From the NCBI RefSeq assembly GCF_009914755.1, contig NC_060932.1: 64,000 nucleotides of DNA; one strand, written 5' to 3'. The stretch is from the human T2T-CHM13v2.0 reference genome, Homo sapiens. A program made the translations under genes and the position numbers. The notes under the pieces are model-generated. The model ran no database searches. It was not told where the DNA came from and worked only from the letters and a program-made list of their open reading frames with translations. Of this stretch, positions 13,571 through 33,073 are shown in pieces (positions within the stretch are counted from its first letter, which is position 1; each line of letters opens with the position of its first letter).

Positions 13571-16500
13571 GGAGAACTGGCTATTGTTAATACTAGGCAG
13601 ATGTTTAAAATGAAGTTTCCATTAAATACCTTGTGTTAGGAGATGTTGGTATTAGACAGTATTATCTCAACTATATAAAAAGACAGAGACACTATTATCT
13701 CAAATATATAAAACAAACAAAACCTTTAAAAAACTAAGCAGAAACAAAGACTAGCAGAAAATATACCAAAATGTTAACAGCAGCTTCATGAGTGACAAAC
13801 TAAGGGTACACTTTTCTTCTCCTTTTTAAATTTTTAAACTCTTCCACAATGAGCACATGTTACTTTTATGAGCATTCAGAGCTCCTTTTCCTATCTTTTC
13901 TCTTCTCTAGGTTTCTTTATCCTGGTTCCATATTTTCACTCTTTTTAGAGCTTCGACAATTCTAACCCAGGGTTCCTCATGTGTGAACATTACAATTACC
14001 CAAGGTACTTATTTCTGTGTCTTCCCTAATCCAGTGGGTGAATTGGAATTTCTGGTGATAAAGAATAAGTACTCTATTTTAAACAAACACTTCAGGTAGT
14101 TCTTATGTGTATTAGAGATAGAACTTCTGCGTTAGCCTTTGATACCATCATTCCCTTTATCTTATCCATCAGCCATTTACTATGTGCCTACCATAATAAA
14201 CATAAAACAAATCTCAACCCCCTTTTCTTTACTTATTTACTCACTGTCCTTGAAGTTGTCAAATTTTCCTCTGCTTTGACGCTTACTGCCCTTCCGTGGT
14301 CTTTCCCATGTACTTTTATTTTCTATTGTTGCTGTCCCAAATTTCAATTTTTTCATTAATAGACATGTTTGGCTTTGATATTTTATTCATTCATTCTTCT
14401 TTGTTCTCTTGATCTGCTCCCTAATTTAAAGAAGCAGCAGATGAAAGAGACTATAATAATTGGCTGAAATGGGAAAATCACAGAGTAAAAATAATTTTCT
14501 TTCAATTTACTAATGAAAATATTGTCACCAAATGACTTCTTACTTCAGCTTTTGTACAAACAGCATTCATTTGCTGCAGTAATGCTTTACGTATTGAGGT
14601 GTGGATGTGTGCTGGTTTTAGGATCAGAGCTAAACTACATTGCTTTTAGATTATTTATGTTATCATCACACTAAAATTAGAGCTGGAGGAGGCCATTTTT
14701 TGACAGAAAGAGTCATAAACGTGAAGGTCAGAGATGGATTTATTTTTTTTAAGCTCTGAAACTGTTTATGGACAAGACAGTTAACTTCTCTGAGACCCAG
14801 TTTCTCATCTGTACAATGAGAATTTGCACTACACAATTTATAAGGTCCTCTCTAGCTCGTAAGATATAAGGTTTTGAGAAAAGAGCATTTCTAGAAAAGT
14901 ATTGATGATTTCACAAAAGTTAGAAAATATCAAGAAATCAGATCACTTTTGTCCCATAAAAATTTTTATTAACTCAATAAAAATCAATGTGATTTCTACT
15001 TGAAACACATATCATTTATTTTCTTAAAACTTCTCAAAATTTTAAAGACCCTACAGAAGACTGTTAATTTAATTTCTTAAAACTTTCTTAAAATTTTAAA
15101 GACCACACAGAAGACTGTAAATTGAAAGTAATATTTTTACATTGAAAAGTAAATTTACTTATTTTTTAGATGATAAAAACAATCATACTTATTTTAAAAT
15201 ATTCAAACAGTATATAAGTGTATAAGGTAAATTTCTTATTATCTGCTCCCACCCCAACTAATCTGGACAATCACACACAAATAGGATCTACTGTAATACT
15301 ATTTTTCAACTTGCTTCCCTCCACCCCCACTTAACAATAAACAATGTATATATAAAATAATGTATGTATAAACCAACGCATATATTGGGTCTGTTTTACC
15401 CTATCGGTAAAAACAGATCTGCTGCTAATGTAATGGAAATAATCAAAACAAAACTAAGGACTTTTAAACCTGAGGATTAATTCTTATGCATTAGAATTTA
15501 ATATGGAGAAATAGGGAAATCATTCTGTTACCGAAATTATTTACAAAATACCATCCTTAACTGACAACCTTTAGTCCCGTATCTTCATAAAAGCAGCTTA
15601 GAGTGCCTGAAGGGTTTTGAGGGTTCTGCAAGGTGTGTCATATTATAGCTCACATCAGTGCACATTGATGTATCTCTCTGGCAAGAACTGAAAGATACAG
15701 TTCTTAAATCCCCTGCTGACCCATTATCCATGGATCATTGACAAGATAGAATGTAATAGCTCCTGTCTTTTTACCAAGGTAAACCTCCCAGTGAAACTGC
15801 ATTGTTCATGCCCTACATCTTTTATCTAAATAAGAAAATGAATATAGGGAAAAAAACTATGTTAAGTAGATAATATAAATACTTTCATATTCTTTATTAT
15901 ATTTTAATATTTGTTGAATGAGGAAACATAAACTGTTTAATTGCAGGGGCTGAGACTAAGAAAGTTTTCCCATAACCTATCTTTCCAAATAGATCATCTT
16001 AAATACAAGGCTAAAGGAATTGCATAAGATCCAGCATTTAGAACACCAAATTAAACTAATAGACATGTTGCCTATTTAAGGACAGCATTAAAACAGTAGT
16101 TCAGTTGGTGTTATGGGTCAGAATTTAACATTTCCCATTATCTTGATCTAAAAAGTCAATGTTTCTCTACTCTAAAAGTTATTTCATTTGTGAACTGGGT
16201 CATAAAGAGTCATAAGCTCTCAGAGGGATTTATTCACAGACCTCGGCAATGTTTACCATGTGGCACTGTGTTTTTGCAACATCACATATTGACAGTGCTG
16301 TGTTGTAAATTTCATAATGCGATGACAGGACATGGCCATATTTTTATGTGGTTCTGATCAAGATCCATCTGAAAGCTCCTTATTTTATGTTAGTCTTCTT
16401 GACTTCTAAAAGAATTCTGCCATATTTCTATCTGTTTAAATCTAGAAAAGGTTAGAAATAGAAAGATGATGCTCTTGTCAACTTGATTAACACTTCATTT

Positions 16501-16599
16501 CCTGCCCGGGGCAAAATAAAAAAAGAAAATGAAAAAATAAATACATAACTTGACCAACCATCTCAGTAAGAATATGGGCAAGTGAATCAGATATTTGGC

Positions 16600-17220
16600 C
16601 TAGACCAGTGAAATTAAAGATACATATCCCTTTAACTCAGTGATTCCACTAGAGAAACTCAAACACATCTGCAGAAAGATACATGGGCAGGAATATTCTC
16701 TGAAATATTGTTTGTAATAGAGAAAAACTAAAAAAAAATCAATGTCCCCTAGCATGAGAATGGGTAAATAAATAATCAATATTCACATAATAGAACACCA
16801 TATAGTAGTTAAAATGACCCGTTTAGCAGTAAACGTATCAGCATGGATTAATCTCAAGCACATAATGTTGTATGGGAAAAAAATAATTTGCAGAATGATG
16901 AGTACCTATCATTCATATAAATTTTGGAGACATGTAGTTCATAAAACTGTAGTGAAAGTATAAGATGTTCTTGGAAATAATAAGCACCAGAGTCTGCATA
17001 GTGGGTACCTTTGGAGAGAAAGAGGAAAGAAATTAGAGACCAGTACATATTGAGGGGGGATTTCAGTTGTATTTATGATATTTTATTTCTTCATTATATC
17101 TGAAGCAAATATAGAAATTAAGACTTGGAAAAGCTGAGGGATAAATAGAGGGGTGTTTGTCATATTAGTCTCTCTACTGTCCTATATACTTGGAAATTTT
17201 CATAATAAACCGTTTTCAAA
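16600..17220 (+). mobile_element. Degraded L1M (L1ME-like) 3' fragment
   Basis: L1 3'-end-like phrases (tacatatccctttaactcagtgattccact, atgtccc...gaatgggtaaataaat, catggattaatctcaagcacataatgttg). Confidence 0.55.
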
Positions 17221-19067
17221 AAAGAATCAGATATTAGAGCTGAAAGGGACTTTAGGAAATGTCTAATAATTGGATTTTTAGTGAGTAGCTACTCTGTGAT
17301 GTTAGGATTACTCTGATGATGTTAGGATTACTCTGGTGCATCAGAGACACAAGGGCTCTACACCCTTGGAGCTTACATTCTACCAGAAAGAGACCAAATT
17401 TAAAATTAAACAGAATATTAACATGGACCATACAGAGGATTTCATTTCATTTGAGGATGAAGAAATTGAGGTGCAAAAAAGTCAAGTGATTTTCCCAAGG
17501 TACAAGCCAATTCTAGAACTTTGCCTTCCTCTCTGTCTTTCTACATACTTCTATTTTCCTCTGGTCTCCCTCTAACCTAATGTTATTCTAATTATTGATG
17601 GTGTTAGGCACAAGCACATTGCCAGTGTCTCACTTGTTTGTAGCCATCTGTTTGGCATAGGTACAAATTTGTCAAATACTAAAACTTAACTAAATAGCTT
17701 TAAAATTGTTGAATATTTTGAACATGACATTAAATTACAACCTTCTCATATTAGGTAGGTCAGCATTATCTTTGTTTCATGGGTGAAGAAAGAGATGAAT
17801 GGGGGAGTAGCTGTGGGGTGAAGTAAATTGCCTAAGGCTCTGTAGGAAACAAGAGTGACAGGTTCTGGATCAGAATTCAGAACTCTGACTTAATCTAATG
17901 CAAAATCTGGAGTACCTTTCTTGCTGATCTTCCCTTTTAGGTTAATGTGCCTCACTTCCACACATTCCTGTAAAGCTAACACTCTTGAAAATTGTAAGAA
18001 AAGGGCCCTTACCACTAATACCTTGTCAGATAAATTGAGTATTTTTCACCTTCAAAGTTTTGAATTCATTGGTAAACATGTTTAATGTAAACTTTTATGT
18101 CCATCTAAGTGTGCAAACTCTTCTCTCCAGATGGCCTCAAAGAACATTCAGGGAAATCATTTTCCAAACCATAACTGTTCTATTCAGAGCTTTGAAGACA
18201 GATATCAGGTGAGCTTTTATCGACTGTTGGAAAATAAAGGGAGTAGAAGAACAAAATGATTATGGTAACCTAGGCTACCTAGATGGTGTTATGACATTCA
18301 TTCTACTGACAAAACTCTAGCATTCATAAAGTTTATTTTAAAGTAATTATCTTCATTTCTATTTAAATAATTATTTTAATATTATGATAGCTGAAGGTGA
18401 TTGTTTCAGCTTCTTCTTCTTCCGGAGTTTATTAAAAAAGAAATGGTCGCTTGTAGGAATGAAGCTCTTATGGGGAAAAATTATTCTGAGCAGAATTTAA
18501 ATATCCAACATCAGAAGGTACTATGATGTAATACTATTGCTACCCAGGAGTCCATCAGCAGACTGTACCCTGTGTGTCACATACTTCCCTACAAAGCTGA
18601 TTACAGGTTTATGTTGTAAGTGCACAATATTGACTGGTACAGGATACAGATACTTATTATCCGGAATTACTTATTATCTTCATTTTCCAATGAATTCTTT
18701 CTTCCCTTGGTTGATGTGTGAAGCTAGGTTTCTAAGGACTTCTTCAGTGTTCTTATTAAGAACATCTGTAAAGAGCATCAGAATGAAGTGTTGAATTTCA
18801 CCCATTTGGATTTCATTAAAGTGTCTATAGTTGTCAAGCATTTAGAAAGTCAAGACACTAAGAGTTTGGGGTTTGACCCAAAGGAAATTGGTCCTCATTT
18901 TAAGGCTAAAAAGGAGGGATAACAGAGCCAAATTTTTTTAGGGAATGGGAGATTAAAAAAGAAATTATTCCTTTCAGATACATGCCCCTAAAGAATGAAA
19001 GCTTAAACAGTCATACTTTGTAATAGTTTCGTTTTTCATCTTGCCAAAACAAAGTGTGGGTTTATTG

Positions 19068-19262
19068 CAGAAGTTCTTAACCTAGAGTTCATGGACCTTT
19101 AGTGGTCCATAGGCAGACTTCAGAGAGTCCATAAACTTTGTGAAATTGTAAGCAAAATTTCACTTGCGTATACAGATGTGTGTTTTTTTTTCCCCTAGGG
19201 AGAGGAAACTAGCTTTCGTCAGATTTTCAGGGACATCTGTGATTCAAAAAAGGTTAAGAAAT
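19068..19262. mobile_element. hAT-Charlie-type MER remnant
   Basis: Inverted termini cagaagttcttaacct ... aggttaagaa. Confidence 0.5.
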
Positions 19263-20693
19263 GGTTTATTTTCTTACTTATTTAAGAATCTTAAAATTTT
19301 CAAAGTATCTGAATAAGCAGAGTTTTATATTTCTCTTTTTATTAAAAACACACTATATATAAATGTATATGACTTTTAAAATGCAAGTAAGATATACTAA
19401 TTTTTAAACATTAACAAATGACCAGAATTTTTGGTAATCTGTGAAATCTCAATTATAACTAATTTACCTAAATATACAATCTGATCTAACCAGGTGTAAT
19501 AAAAATAACCTGACTAGCTATTTAAAAGAAACAACATAAAAAGAGTAGTGAACAGTGAAGATACCTTGTGTTGGTGGTACAAAGCCGTAAAAAAACAAAG
19601 CAGCTTGAAAATTTTTTTATTACATGTAATAATAGAAGTTTTCTATTTGGTTAATTAATTATACTCTAATTATAGTAAAGTGGCATGAATTAATTTATAT
19701 TATGACTCCAATCCACTGAGTAAAAACAGCAGTTTCATTTTATAAACAACAATAAGTGAAATAAATTCTGCCGTGAAAAAGCCACTGGATATTTTTAAGT
19801 TTTGTAACATTTTAAATGAATACCAAATAATCTGATCATCATTACACTAACTCTAGTTCCATTTAGACTTGGGACATTTGGTAAAATTTAAGATGTCATA
19901 TTTTAAATTAAAATATAACGTGTTATTTCTTCTCTGCATACAATTTTTTAAAAGTGTTGTTTTAACTGGATCTTCCTATAATTACATTTGGTTTTAAAAG
20001 TAGATTATTTAGTACACATTGAACTAACATTTTTTCAATGTGGTTAACTAACATTTTTTCAATGTGGTTTTCCTTGTGAATCACACACTTAGCCTGGAAT
20101 CAAAAGACAGAATGCAGAAATACAACATGAATCTTTGACTAATAGGCTATCTGCCACTTGTTTTTGTTTTGTATCACAGGAGTATATACAGGTTATTTCT
20201 TTCCCTTTAGCTAAACTTCAGGCATGTCTACTTTATCTTTGCTCCTTTTCCAGCAAACTTTCCTTAGCCACCTTCTTGAATTACCTATCCTCTCAGACAG
20301 TTCTTTAGCTTATTATATGTGAACCTGGCTTGTTTCCAAATTAACTTGGCTGGTCTCTTAATTTTTCCCATCCTCTCTCAAAAGCCCTGATGTACCCTTC
20401 TGATATTTACCAAACCAAACTCAGTATCCAGGCTCCACACTCTCCACCTTCTTCATATACATACTGCATGTCATCAACTTTTCCTATACTATTTTTCAGA
20501 TGCCTTTATTTTCTCCTCAAACTTTGTCTTTCTCTTTTTGCCTCAAAGTATTTTCATCTGTTCTTAAAAACATACTTAACTGTAAATATTAGTGGAAAAT
20601 GGACTGTTTGAGTTGTCAATTTTTGTTTTACAGTTAAGGCCTCTTTTTGTTCTTTAGCATCAAGTTTATCTCTTACGATTTAAATAAGGTTAG

Positions 20694-20985
<292 letters not shown>

Positions 20986-21612
20986 AAGGTTAGAAACTAG
21001 TAAAGGTTATGGTATATGCATTATATCTTAATAAAGCTAGTAAGCTATTACAAAAGAACAGAAAGCAATGAAAGAGAAAAAGAGAATAAACTACAGGAAT
21101 TTACATAAGTGTTGGACAGATAAACTGCAACATGAAATCTAGATAGTTATAATTATTATAGATACTATTACATGCACTGCTTAACTTTATAAATTCTCTG
21201 AAGTCCTCCTATAAACTAATAATTTAATCTCCTCTGCTAACTTACTGATCCAGACACAAATTATGTAAAAGCTATCTATCCAAATACAAATTATGTAAAA
21301 GCTTCTAGCACAATGGTGGCATATAATAGAATAGGTGTCAAATAAATGTTAAAAAACAAAAAAAGTTAAGGTACAATTGATAGAGTCAAGTTATATATAT
21401 TAGTATAGGGTTTAAAGGCTAAAAGAATTTAGCCTATGCCTAAAATAGTCAGGAGCCAATTTAAAGTTTTTAAAAAACTCTTTTTCTTTGATATTATAAA
21501 TAATATATGTTGTTACACGAGTAACACGATTGGAAAAACATCAGATTAAAAATTCATTTTTAGGCCCTTCTTAGAGTACAATTATTAAAGAACAGTTGAA
21601 AATTGGTTTTGT

Positions 21613-21988
<376 letters not shown>

Positions 21989-22292
21989 CTACTTATTATA
22001 GGACTCTCACAATTTGGGTGACCAAGGAATATTCATTCCAATATAATTCTTCCTTTTGTAAACAGAGAACAACTTTTACATTTTCTGCTAAAAATATAAA
22101 ATGGTGAATATTTAGTTCAAGATGTTTACATTGCTCAAAAGGTGTTTTGTTTTGTTTTTTCTACCTTTCATCTCCTCCTTCCTCTCAGGTCTTCAGAACC
22201 AATGAAGAAGAAACCATTACTTATCAAAGAAGGTGAGGTACAAAGCTGATGGGTCACAGGATTGCTAGTCAGAACAGCTAGCACATTTTTAA

Positions 22293-22660
<368 letters not shown>

Positions 22661-24524
22661 AGAGTCTTTGTTCATCCCTTATACAGTATTATTAAAGGTA
22701 GGGGCACTTACATTTTGTGAAGTCGTAGGTACCATTATTAGGTAACTCTGAACGCTGGAGAAGTCTTATGTTCAATCAAAAATCCACCTCATTGCACCTT
22801 CCAATGATTGGTCCCAGTCCTGCCCTGTACTTTCTCTAAGCTCTAAACTTGGGAGAAGGGGAGAATTCCTCTTTTATAAAGAGATGAAAAGATGTTTGAG
22901 CTGGACTTTGTAAAATGTTTAGAATTTTTAGGGAGTGGTGTCACCACACCACCAGATCCTCGGAAAAATACATTGCATATTCCTTCTTTATGCAGATTCT
23001 AGAGTAGGAAGTTTTCGTCTCTCTCATCCAAATATGCCAAGGAATTTAGCAAATTTTCAGTCTTTCAGGGACATCTGCCAACAATTACCAATAAATCAAC
23101 GTTAGCATACCTTATGGGAGGAGAGAGAAGGAACTAGAAGTTTCATGGTTTTATTTCCTTCTCTGATGGTGTGGTAGGAAGGAAGATTAACTGGTTTGAT
23201 CTGAAGCCTTACTGGGTATAAATCTCTTAGATACCTGGCCCAGATTAACTGAATTATCCCAGTATTGAGCATACAGGTTGTCAAGGGTACTTGTATCACA
23301 TTGATTTGCCTAATAACCCTAATCTGACTGCAACCTCCTCCAACTGTAATTAGGAGGTTCCATTGTCCTTCTCTTGCAAGTTCTAACATGTTATGTTCCC
23401 ATCTTCATTCGAAACGGCCTGAGTTGCATGATAATATCTCAAGCTGCCAAAGGCCACAGCTTCTTTATTAAAAAAAAAAAAAAGAATTATTACAGATCAT
23501 GCCGCAGGACTCTTAGTGACTGTCTCTGGCTTGGCACATCCTCATCTATTTATTCATCCAAATAATAACTTCAAAAAAAGTTAAAAAAAAGAGTCACCCT
23601 GGTAGCAAGACTGAGATAATGTATATCAGCTTTGATCACATGCTCTGAGGTTTGGGAAAATGAATTATTATAAACTGGGTGTCATCCTCGGCTCTTCCCT
23701 GGAAACACTTTTCTTCAATGTTGCTTTTGATCATATTTTAAAGTTGTAATTAAGGATTCCTTTCCTCTAGTCATGTTTTCTCTCTTGAGTTAAAACCTTA
23801 TGGAAACAATCCAGTGGAATTATATAGCTATGGTTTGACTCACAGGAGCTCTTGGTAATGATTAAGTTTGCCTGGACAGAAGGATATGGAATAGGTGTTT
23901 GCCTAGTGGGTGTGTCAACAGAGAGGGTGTCCTTTTTTTTTTTTTTTTTTTTTATCTTTCTACAACCTGGTGTCCTATGAAGAACCCTAGGACATATCTG
24001 TAACTAGGAAATTCTTTGATTAAATGTATATATATATATATATATTTTTCCAATACTTATCATTCATTTGATAGACATTCAACAAATATTTGAGTATCTC
24101 AGTGTGTTAGGCGTTGTATTGATTTATTATAAGAGGCAAATAAAGAAAAACATCAATAAGGAAATAAATATGCTATGATCTGGGTATGTGTAGGCTTCTA
24201 TGGACGTATGTAGAAGGTTCCCCTGTCAGTGAGGGTGGAAGAGAGGGGATAAGGAAGACTCACTGGAGAAGGTAAATGTGGTTTCAATGGTGAGAGAACA
24301 TTCAGGTGAGTTTCTCCGAATGAAGTATGCTCTCCTGGTAATGATCATAGTAATGGCAAATAGCAGGGTTTTTTTAAAGCATAATCCATGACACAAAATT
24401 CTTTTTAGACGCTCTGAGAAAAAGGAATTTTGTAGTCAAATACATCTGAAACTTAACAATGTATGCTAACAACTAATGTCTCTGAACAGTCTGGCAGTAA
24501 AGAAACCTGATTAACACAGTATAA

Positions 24525-24920
<396 letters not shown>

Positions 24921-26159
24921 CACCATTAAAATTCTTAACCTAAAGAGGATAATTCCCATGAAAAATGGATGCTATGGGTCAATTAAATAAAATCAAACAA
25001 CACATTTTATCTTGTCCATGTTTTACAGGTGACTAAAATAATGGTTAATGAGGATAGCTTTTATAATGGGCAAAATAGGCCATGACTTGGAGTCTCTAGC
25101 TTGCTGAAGCTGTGTGCCTAACTCTCAAAAAATCTGCATAGGATCCTCACCTTAGAGGTGAACAGACTAAAGCCCTAGGGCAGAATATGTCTCTACATTC
25201 CTTGAAACAAGTGTGAAGAAAAAAAATTAAAGAACTGCCATCATGAATTGTACTAAAGCCATGATCAAAAGTCTCTATACTTTGAAACACCTAATCATAT
25301 TAGAGGATTAAAAACACATCAGTGAACGCTAACCAATTATTTATTCATTTCCATATCTTTTAATTTTGATAACATAAATACTGTGGTTTTTTTTCTCAAT
25401 TATACCGACAAAATCTTTCTCCTACCTTCAGTCTGAGAGGTTCCTTTTGCTGTAATATCTTGTTGTTGTACTTGGCCTATAGTCTTTGCGTGCATCTTTT
25501 TCCATAAAAGAAGACCTAAGGGTCGTGAAAGATTAAGAAAAATTCAGATGAGAAGTCTTATCTTTTCTAGGAATAATGAAAAGTGTATAACCTTTATTTG
25601 AATGTTAGACTTATTTTGTGTTCTAAGGCTCTACTGTTGAGGCCATATAAAAAGGTCATACCCTTAGAGGTAGACATGACCTTTTCTGAAGAAAGTGCAC
25701 ATTCTCTGTATCACTTGTCTGGGAGGGGCAGGTCCTCTGACAGGTAATAGAATCTTGCAAGATGGGTTTTGGTCTTCAGCAAAAACTCCTGACTTCCTCT
25801 GGAATCATGTTCTTGCTGGACTTTCAGGTAAATGGATTATTTGAGGATGCTCTCTGGTGGTATGGAAAAGATGGCTTCTCCCAGGGGCTAGGGCTAGTTA
25901 AGAAGGCAGTACCCTTGCAGGGGATCCTAAAAATGAAGTGATAAACTTTCAGATTATCTAGCTTTATGTTTCTCTATGTTCATTCTCATCTGGCTATGCC
26001 CAAACCTTTAGTAAAGTCTGATTATTATACTTTGGTCTTGCTTAGGTCCGAGTTGTGCATTAAACACCATGAGAATTTGGAGTCCATGTTTGGGCCAAAG
26101 GGCTAAAGAATAGATGGTAGAACTCGAGTTAACATAGAGATATGTGGTTATGGCTATTA

Positions 26160-26520
26160 CTAAGGAAAATAACCATCAGTTATGTACTCTGTGCCCAGCA
26201 TTTCACTATGCTATCTCATCTAATCTTCACAAGAATTCTCAAACATAGGTTTTATTAGTCCCATTTTGCAGATGAGGAAACTGAGACTCAGAGAAATTAA
26301 GTATTTGGATATATCCTATAGCTATTGGGAGGTGGAATTTGAACCGAGGTTTCATCTGACTCCAGAGGCTGAACATACTCTAGTCAAGTTACATAACTTC
26401 TCATACCTTAAGTTTTTTATTTGAAAACATCTGCCTTCTAGGGTTGCTATAAGGATTCCATGACACAATGCATATAAAGATTCTGGGCCATTAACTAGAA
26501 GATAATAGGTATCCCCCAAA
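26160..26520. mobile_element. MIR elements
   Basis: MIR core cccattttgcagatgaggaaactgagactcagaga, followed by an oppositely oriented fragment. Confidence 0.75.
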
Positions 26521-26559
26521 TAGTGCTTATCCTTATGTTTTCCTTCTGCCTTTCTGGCC

Positions 26560-27670
26560 ATTCCTTCTTAATATCCTTCAAGGGTTCCTTTTCCTCTGAT
26601 GACCTGTTAAATTGGTGTTCCCTAAGTTTGTTCTTCAAATGAACACTCTCCTTGAGTGACTTCATCCAAACCCAGGGCTTCAGCTACTGTTTTTATGCTA
26701 GTGACTTCTAAATCTGAACCTCCAGGCTAGATCACTGCTGACATCTCTATTGGATGTCTCACAGACATATGAACTCAGTAAGTCCCAAACAACACATCTT
26801 TCTGTTTCACTCTTGGCCTGTCTCTCAGCAAGTGGCATCACTGAATCTCTAGATACCTAAGCCAAGGCCTGGGAATCTTCGTCTACTCATTCTCAGTCAT
26901 CCCTTACACTCAATTAGTCATCAGGTTATCTTAAGTCTCCCTTCTTATCATTTGTATCAGTCTCTCCCTCTCTCCCTATCCTCCCTCAATTTCATTTCCA
27001 CAGCCACTATCACTGCCTAAATTCAAACTCATCACGTCTATCAGGCATTACTGCAACAGTCTCCTAACTCATTTCCCTACAATTTACCCAACCCTCCTAT
27101 CTGTCCTCAATATTACTGTCAAAATGATCTTTCTAAAAAGCAAATTCATATTATACATTTTTCACTTAAAATTCTTTCAAGAGCTTCCCATAGCTTTCAG
27201 GATAAAGTTCAAATTCAGCACACTAAGCCCTTCAGCATATAGCTGCTCCCTACCTCTTTAGCTGTATTTTCCACTAATTCTGTATTTTTTCATTTGCACC
27301 ATTTGTTTCTGCTTTGAAGGATTACTTGAACTTCTCTAAAGGAAGCTATTTCTAGCCTTGGGCCTTCAGGCATGTCCTTGGGTGCCTACCCATCCCCTTA
27401 ACTCCAAAATCCCCCTCAACTCTTTCCTTAAAGCTCAGCTCAAGGGCATTCCTCTGGACAGTTTTCCTTGATGTTGACCCTGGTGTTTCTGTTTAATGCT
27501 CCCATGACACCTGTGCATTGCTGTGTGACAGCACTTTTCATACTACACATCTCTGTCACTAGTTTGTAAATGGACCCCAAAGTTTACTCCACATTGTGTC
27601 CCCATTACCTAATCCCTAGTGCCTAGCTCATAACCAATGCAGACTGCTGGTTAATGAAGGAGTGAATTCA
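26560..27670 (+). mobile_element. L2 3' fragment
   Basis: L2-typical phrases (catctctattggatgtctcacag, actgcaacagtctcctaact, cctagtgcctag...atgaaggagtgaat). Confidence 0.65.
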
Positions 27671-27713
27671 GGAAGAGAGTTTTAAACCCTTGGCTATGTT
27701 GTGTGTGAACCTA

Positions 27714-28138
<425 letters not shown>

Positions 28139-28949
28139 TTACTTATGGCCAGGTTCCACCACTCACCCTAGGAACATGAAGACACAACAGGTTTTAGACA
28201 CACTCTATGGAACAAACAATTAAGACCCTGAGTATTTCATTTGCTAGGCTAGGGAGATAATAAGATAGTCTGATTGGGACCTATCAGTGGAATACCCATC
28301 CTGCCCTCTACAAACTTGAGATTCAATATTCCTGTGAAAACCTGAACCAGAGGCTGAGCTCTAAAAGACTCTGTTTGGTTTTATTTTCACTGGAGAAACT
28401 GGATACATTTTTATGACTTTAGTCGATCTCTTCACTTTCTGTTTTTCCATTTTTTCAGATCTTTCTGGATGTTTTCACCTTTTGAAGCTGTTTCCTACCT
28501 CTTTCCGAAAGTAATAGAGAGAAAAAGGGTTAAAAAGAAGGAAAAGCAAAACCAACTAATTCAAACGTTAATCGAATTTTTAAAAAAGCTTTTTTGTTGG
28601 GGAGAGTCTCTGAGTTGGAAAATACCTTAGGAATCATAGACCTTACCCAATAACTTTAGTTAGTAAATAATGAGATGAAGGGAAAGAGGTTACTGACTTG
28701 CCCAAAACCACTTAAGCAGCTGAAAGCAAGAGTATTTTGGCCCGAAATCCTCCAAGTTCGTTTTTGCAATCTTTTCCTTGGGAGACTCTCTATACTTGCG
28801 CCCACAGCTAATACATTCTGTCTATGCAAGCCCAGGTAATTGGCAAACGTATATTTATTATATCTAACATACATTATATATAATTATAAAAAACATATGA
28901 CCTTATCACACTAAGAAGAGAAGAGGCCACATTGTCGATGCTCAGGGCT

Positions 28950-31500
<2,551 letters not shown>

Positions 31501-31516
31501 CTCCCTCCCCTGTTAA

Positions 31517-31518
<2 letters not shown>

Positions 31519-31566
<48 letters not shown>
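31519..31566 (+). repeat. (GT)24 microsatellite
   Basis: Perfect GT dinucleotide run at the edge of the CpG island. Confidence 0.97.
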
Positions 31567-31571
<5 letters not shown>

Positions 31572-32777
31572 TTAAAATTTTAGATATGCTGACATAGGCA
31601 CTTAAAGGAAGGGTGTAAGGCAGACATTCTAATCCTTGACTATCTGTGAAGGGCTCGCCTATGATTGCCATTTTTTAAAGATCCTAAGGTTTTATAAACA
31701 CTGTCTTATAAGACAGACACATTCGTAAAGTTTGCTTCTAATTCTTTTGTTGAAATAAAGATTTATATAAGAGGACTATTTCTGCTTATTTCTGAGAGAA
31801 GATCACATATCAGTAACAGAACAAGGTAAAGTACCTGTACTTCCAATATGTAATTGGAATTCCAGTGTATTTATTATAATATATTATAGTATACTTAGAG
31901 CATGCATTATATTCTAATTGTGTAACAGTTATTTGTGTACATGTTTTATCTTGTCTTCTAGACTGTAAGCTTCTTGTGGGCAGAGATGGTTTTTTTGTCT
32001 AACACGGTACAAGGCATTGAGTGAATAAAACCGAAACTGTCTCCATTTACTATCCAATGTGAATTCATATAACTTGCTTATATATTTTATAATGTATAAG
32101 TAAATATAAATTTGCCCTAGAAAAATAACTTATACACTCAATATTGTTCATAATCATTTTCAGTAGGAGAAAACCAATTTTTTGCTTCATGATATAAAAT
32201 TCAGCATTTGGCATTATATTTACTGCAACTGTTAACATTAACCTTATATAGAGCAAAAGTTACAGGGATTTTTGGCATAACCTTTTATGACTAACAATTC
32301 ATTCACCAAATTACAAGTACTTCTCCAGACTATAAAGAGCAGAAATGTATGCTATAACAAGACTGTTGCATATATTTTTCAAGGACTGATTAACATTTGG
32401 TTATTACATTTATTTTTTAACTCTATAAAGAAATTAGCAGTTTAATGGCAAGATTTTAAAAAATCAAGTCATCAGGTTTTTTTAACCAGTAGAAAATCAT
32501 TTGAGGCAAAAGGAGTTTTTTTATTTTTTTTCAGCTTCATTTATTCTGCTTCCAAAGTTGGTAATGATTTGGTCTTAGTGGAAAATTCTTACTTTTCACA
32601 CCAGTGATTTTATATATATCCTACTCACAGAAGTGTACCAGGGATATATATATATATATAGATAGATAGATATTTGTTGACTGAAATTTATTCTGTACCC
32701 CTGCAGAATGGGCACTACATATGGGCTCTTTGGAATAATATTCAGTAGTTAGTTTGTTGGGACATTTGATTCGTATC

Positions 32778-33073
32778 TTTTTTTTTTTTTGGATACAGGG
32801 TCTTGCTCTGTTGCCCAGGCTGGAGTGCAGTGGCATAATCACTGCTCACTGTGATCTTGATCTCCTGGGTTTAGGTGGTCTTCCTACCTCAGCCTCCTGA
32901 GTAGCTAGCACCACAGGTGTGTGTTGCCATGCCTGGCTAATTAAAAAAATTTTTTTGTAGAGACACGATCTCACTATGTTGCCAGGCTGGTCTAGAATTC
33001 CTGGGTTCCAGTGATCCTCCCACCTCAGCCTCCCAAAGTGCTGGGATTACAGGGGTGAGCCACGGTGTCCGGC
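32778..33073 (-). mobile_element. AluJ
   Basis: Diverged reverse Alu. Confidence 0.9.
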
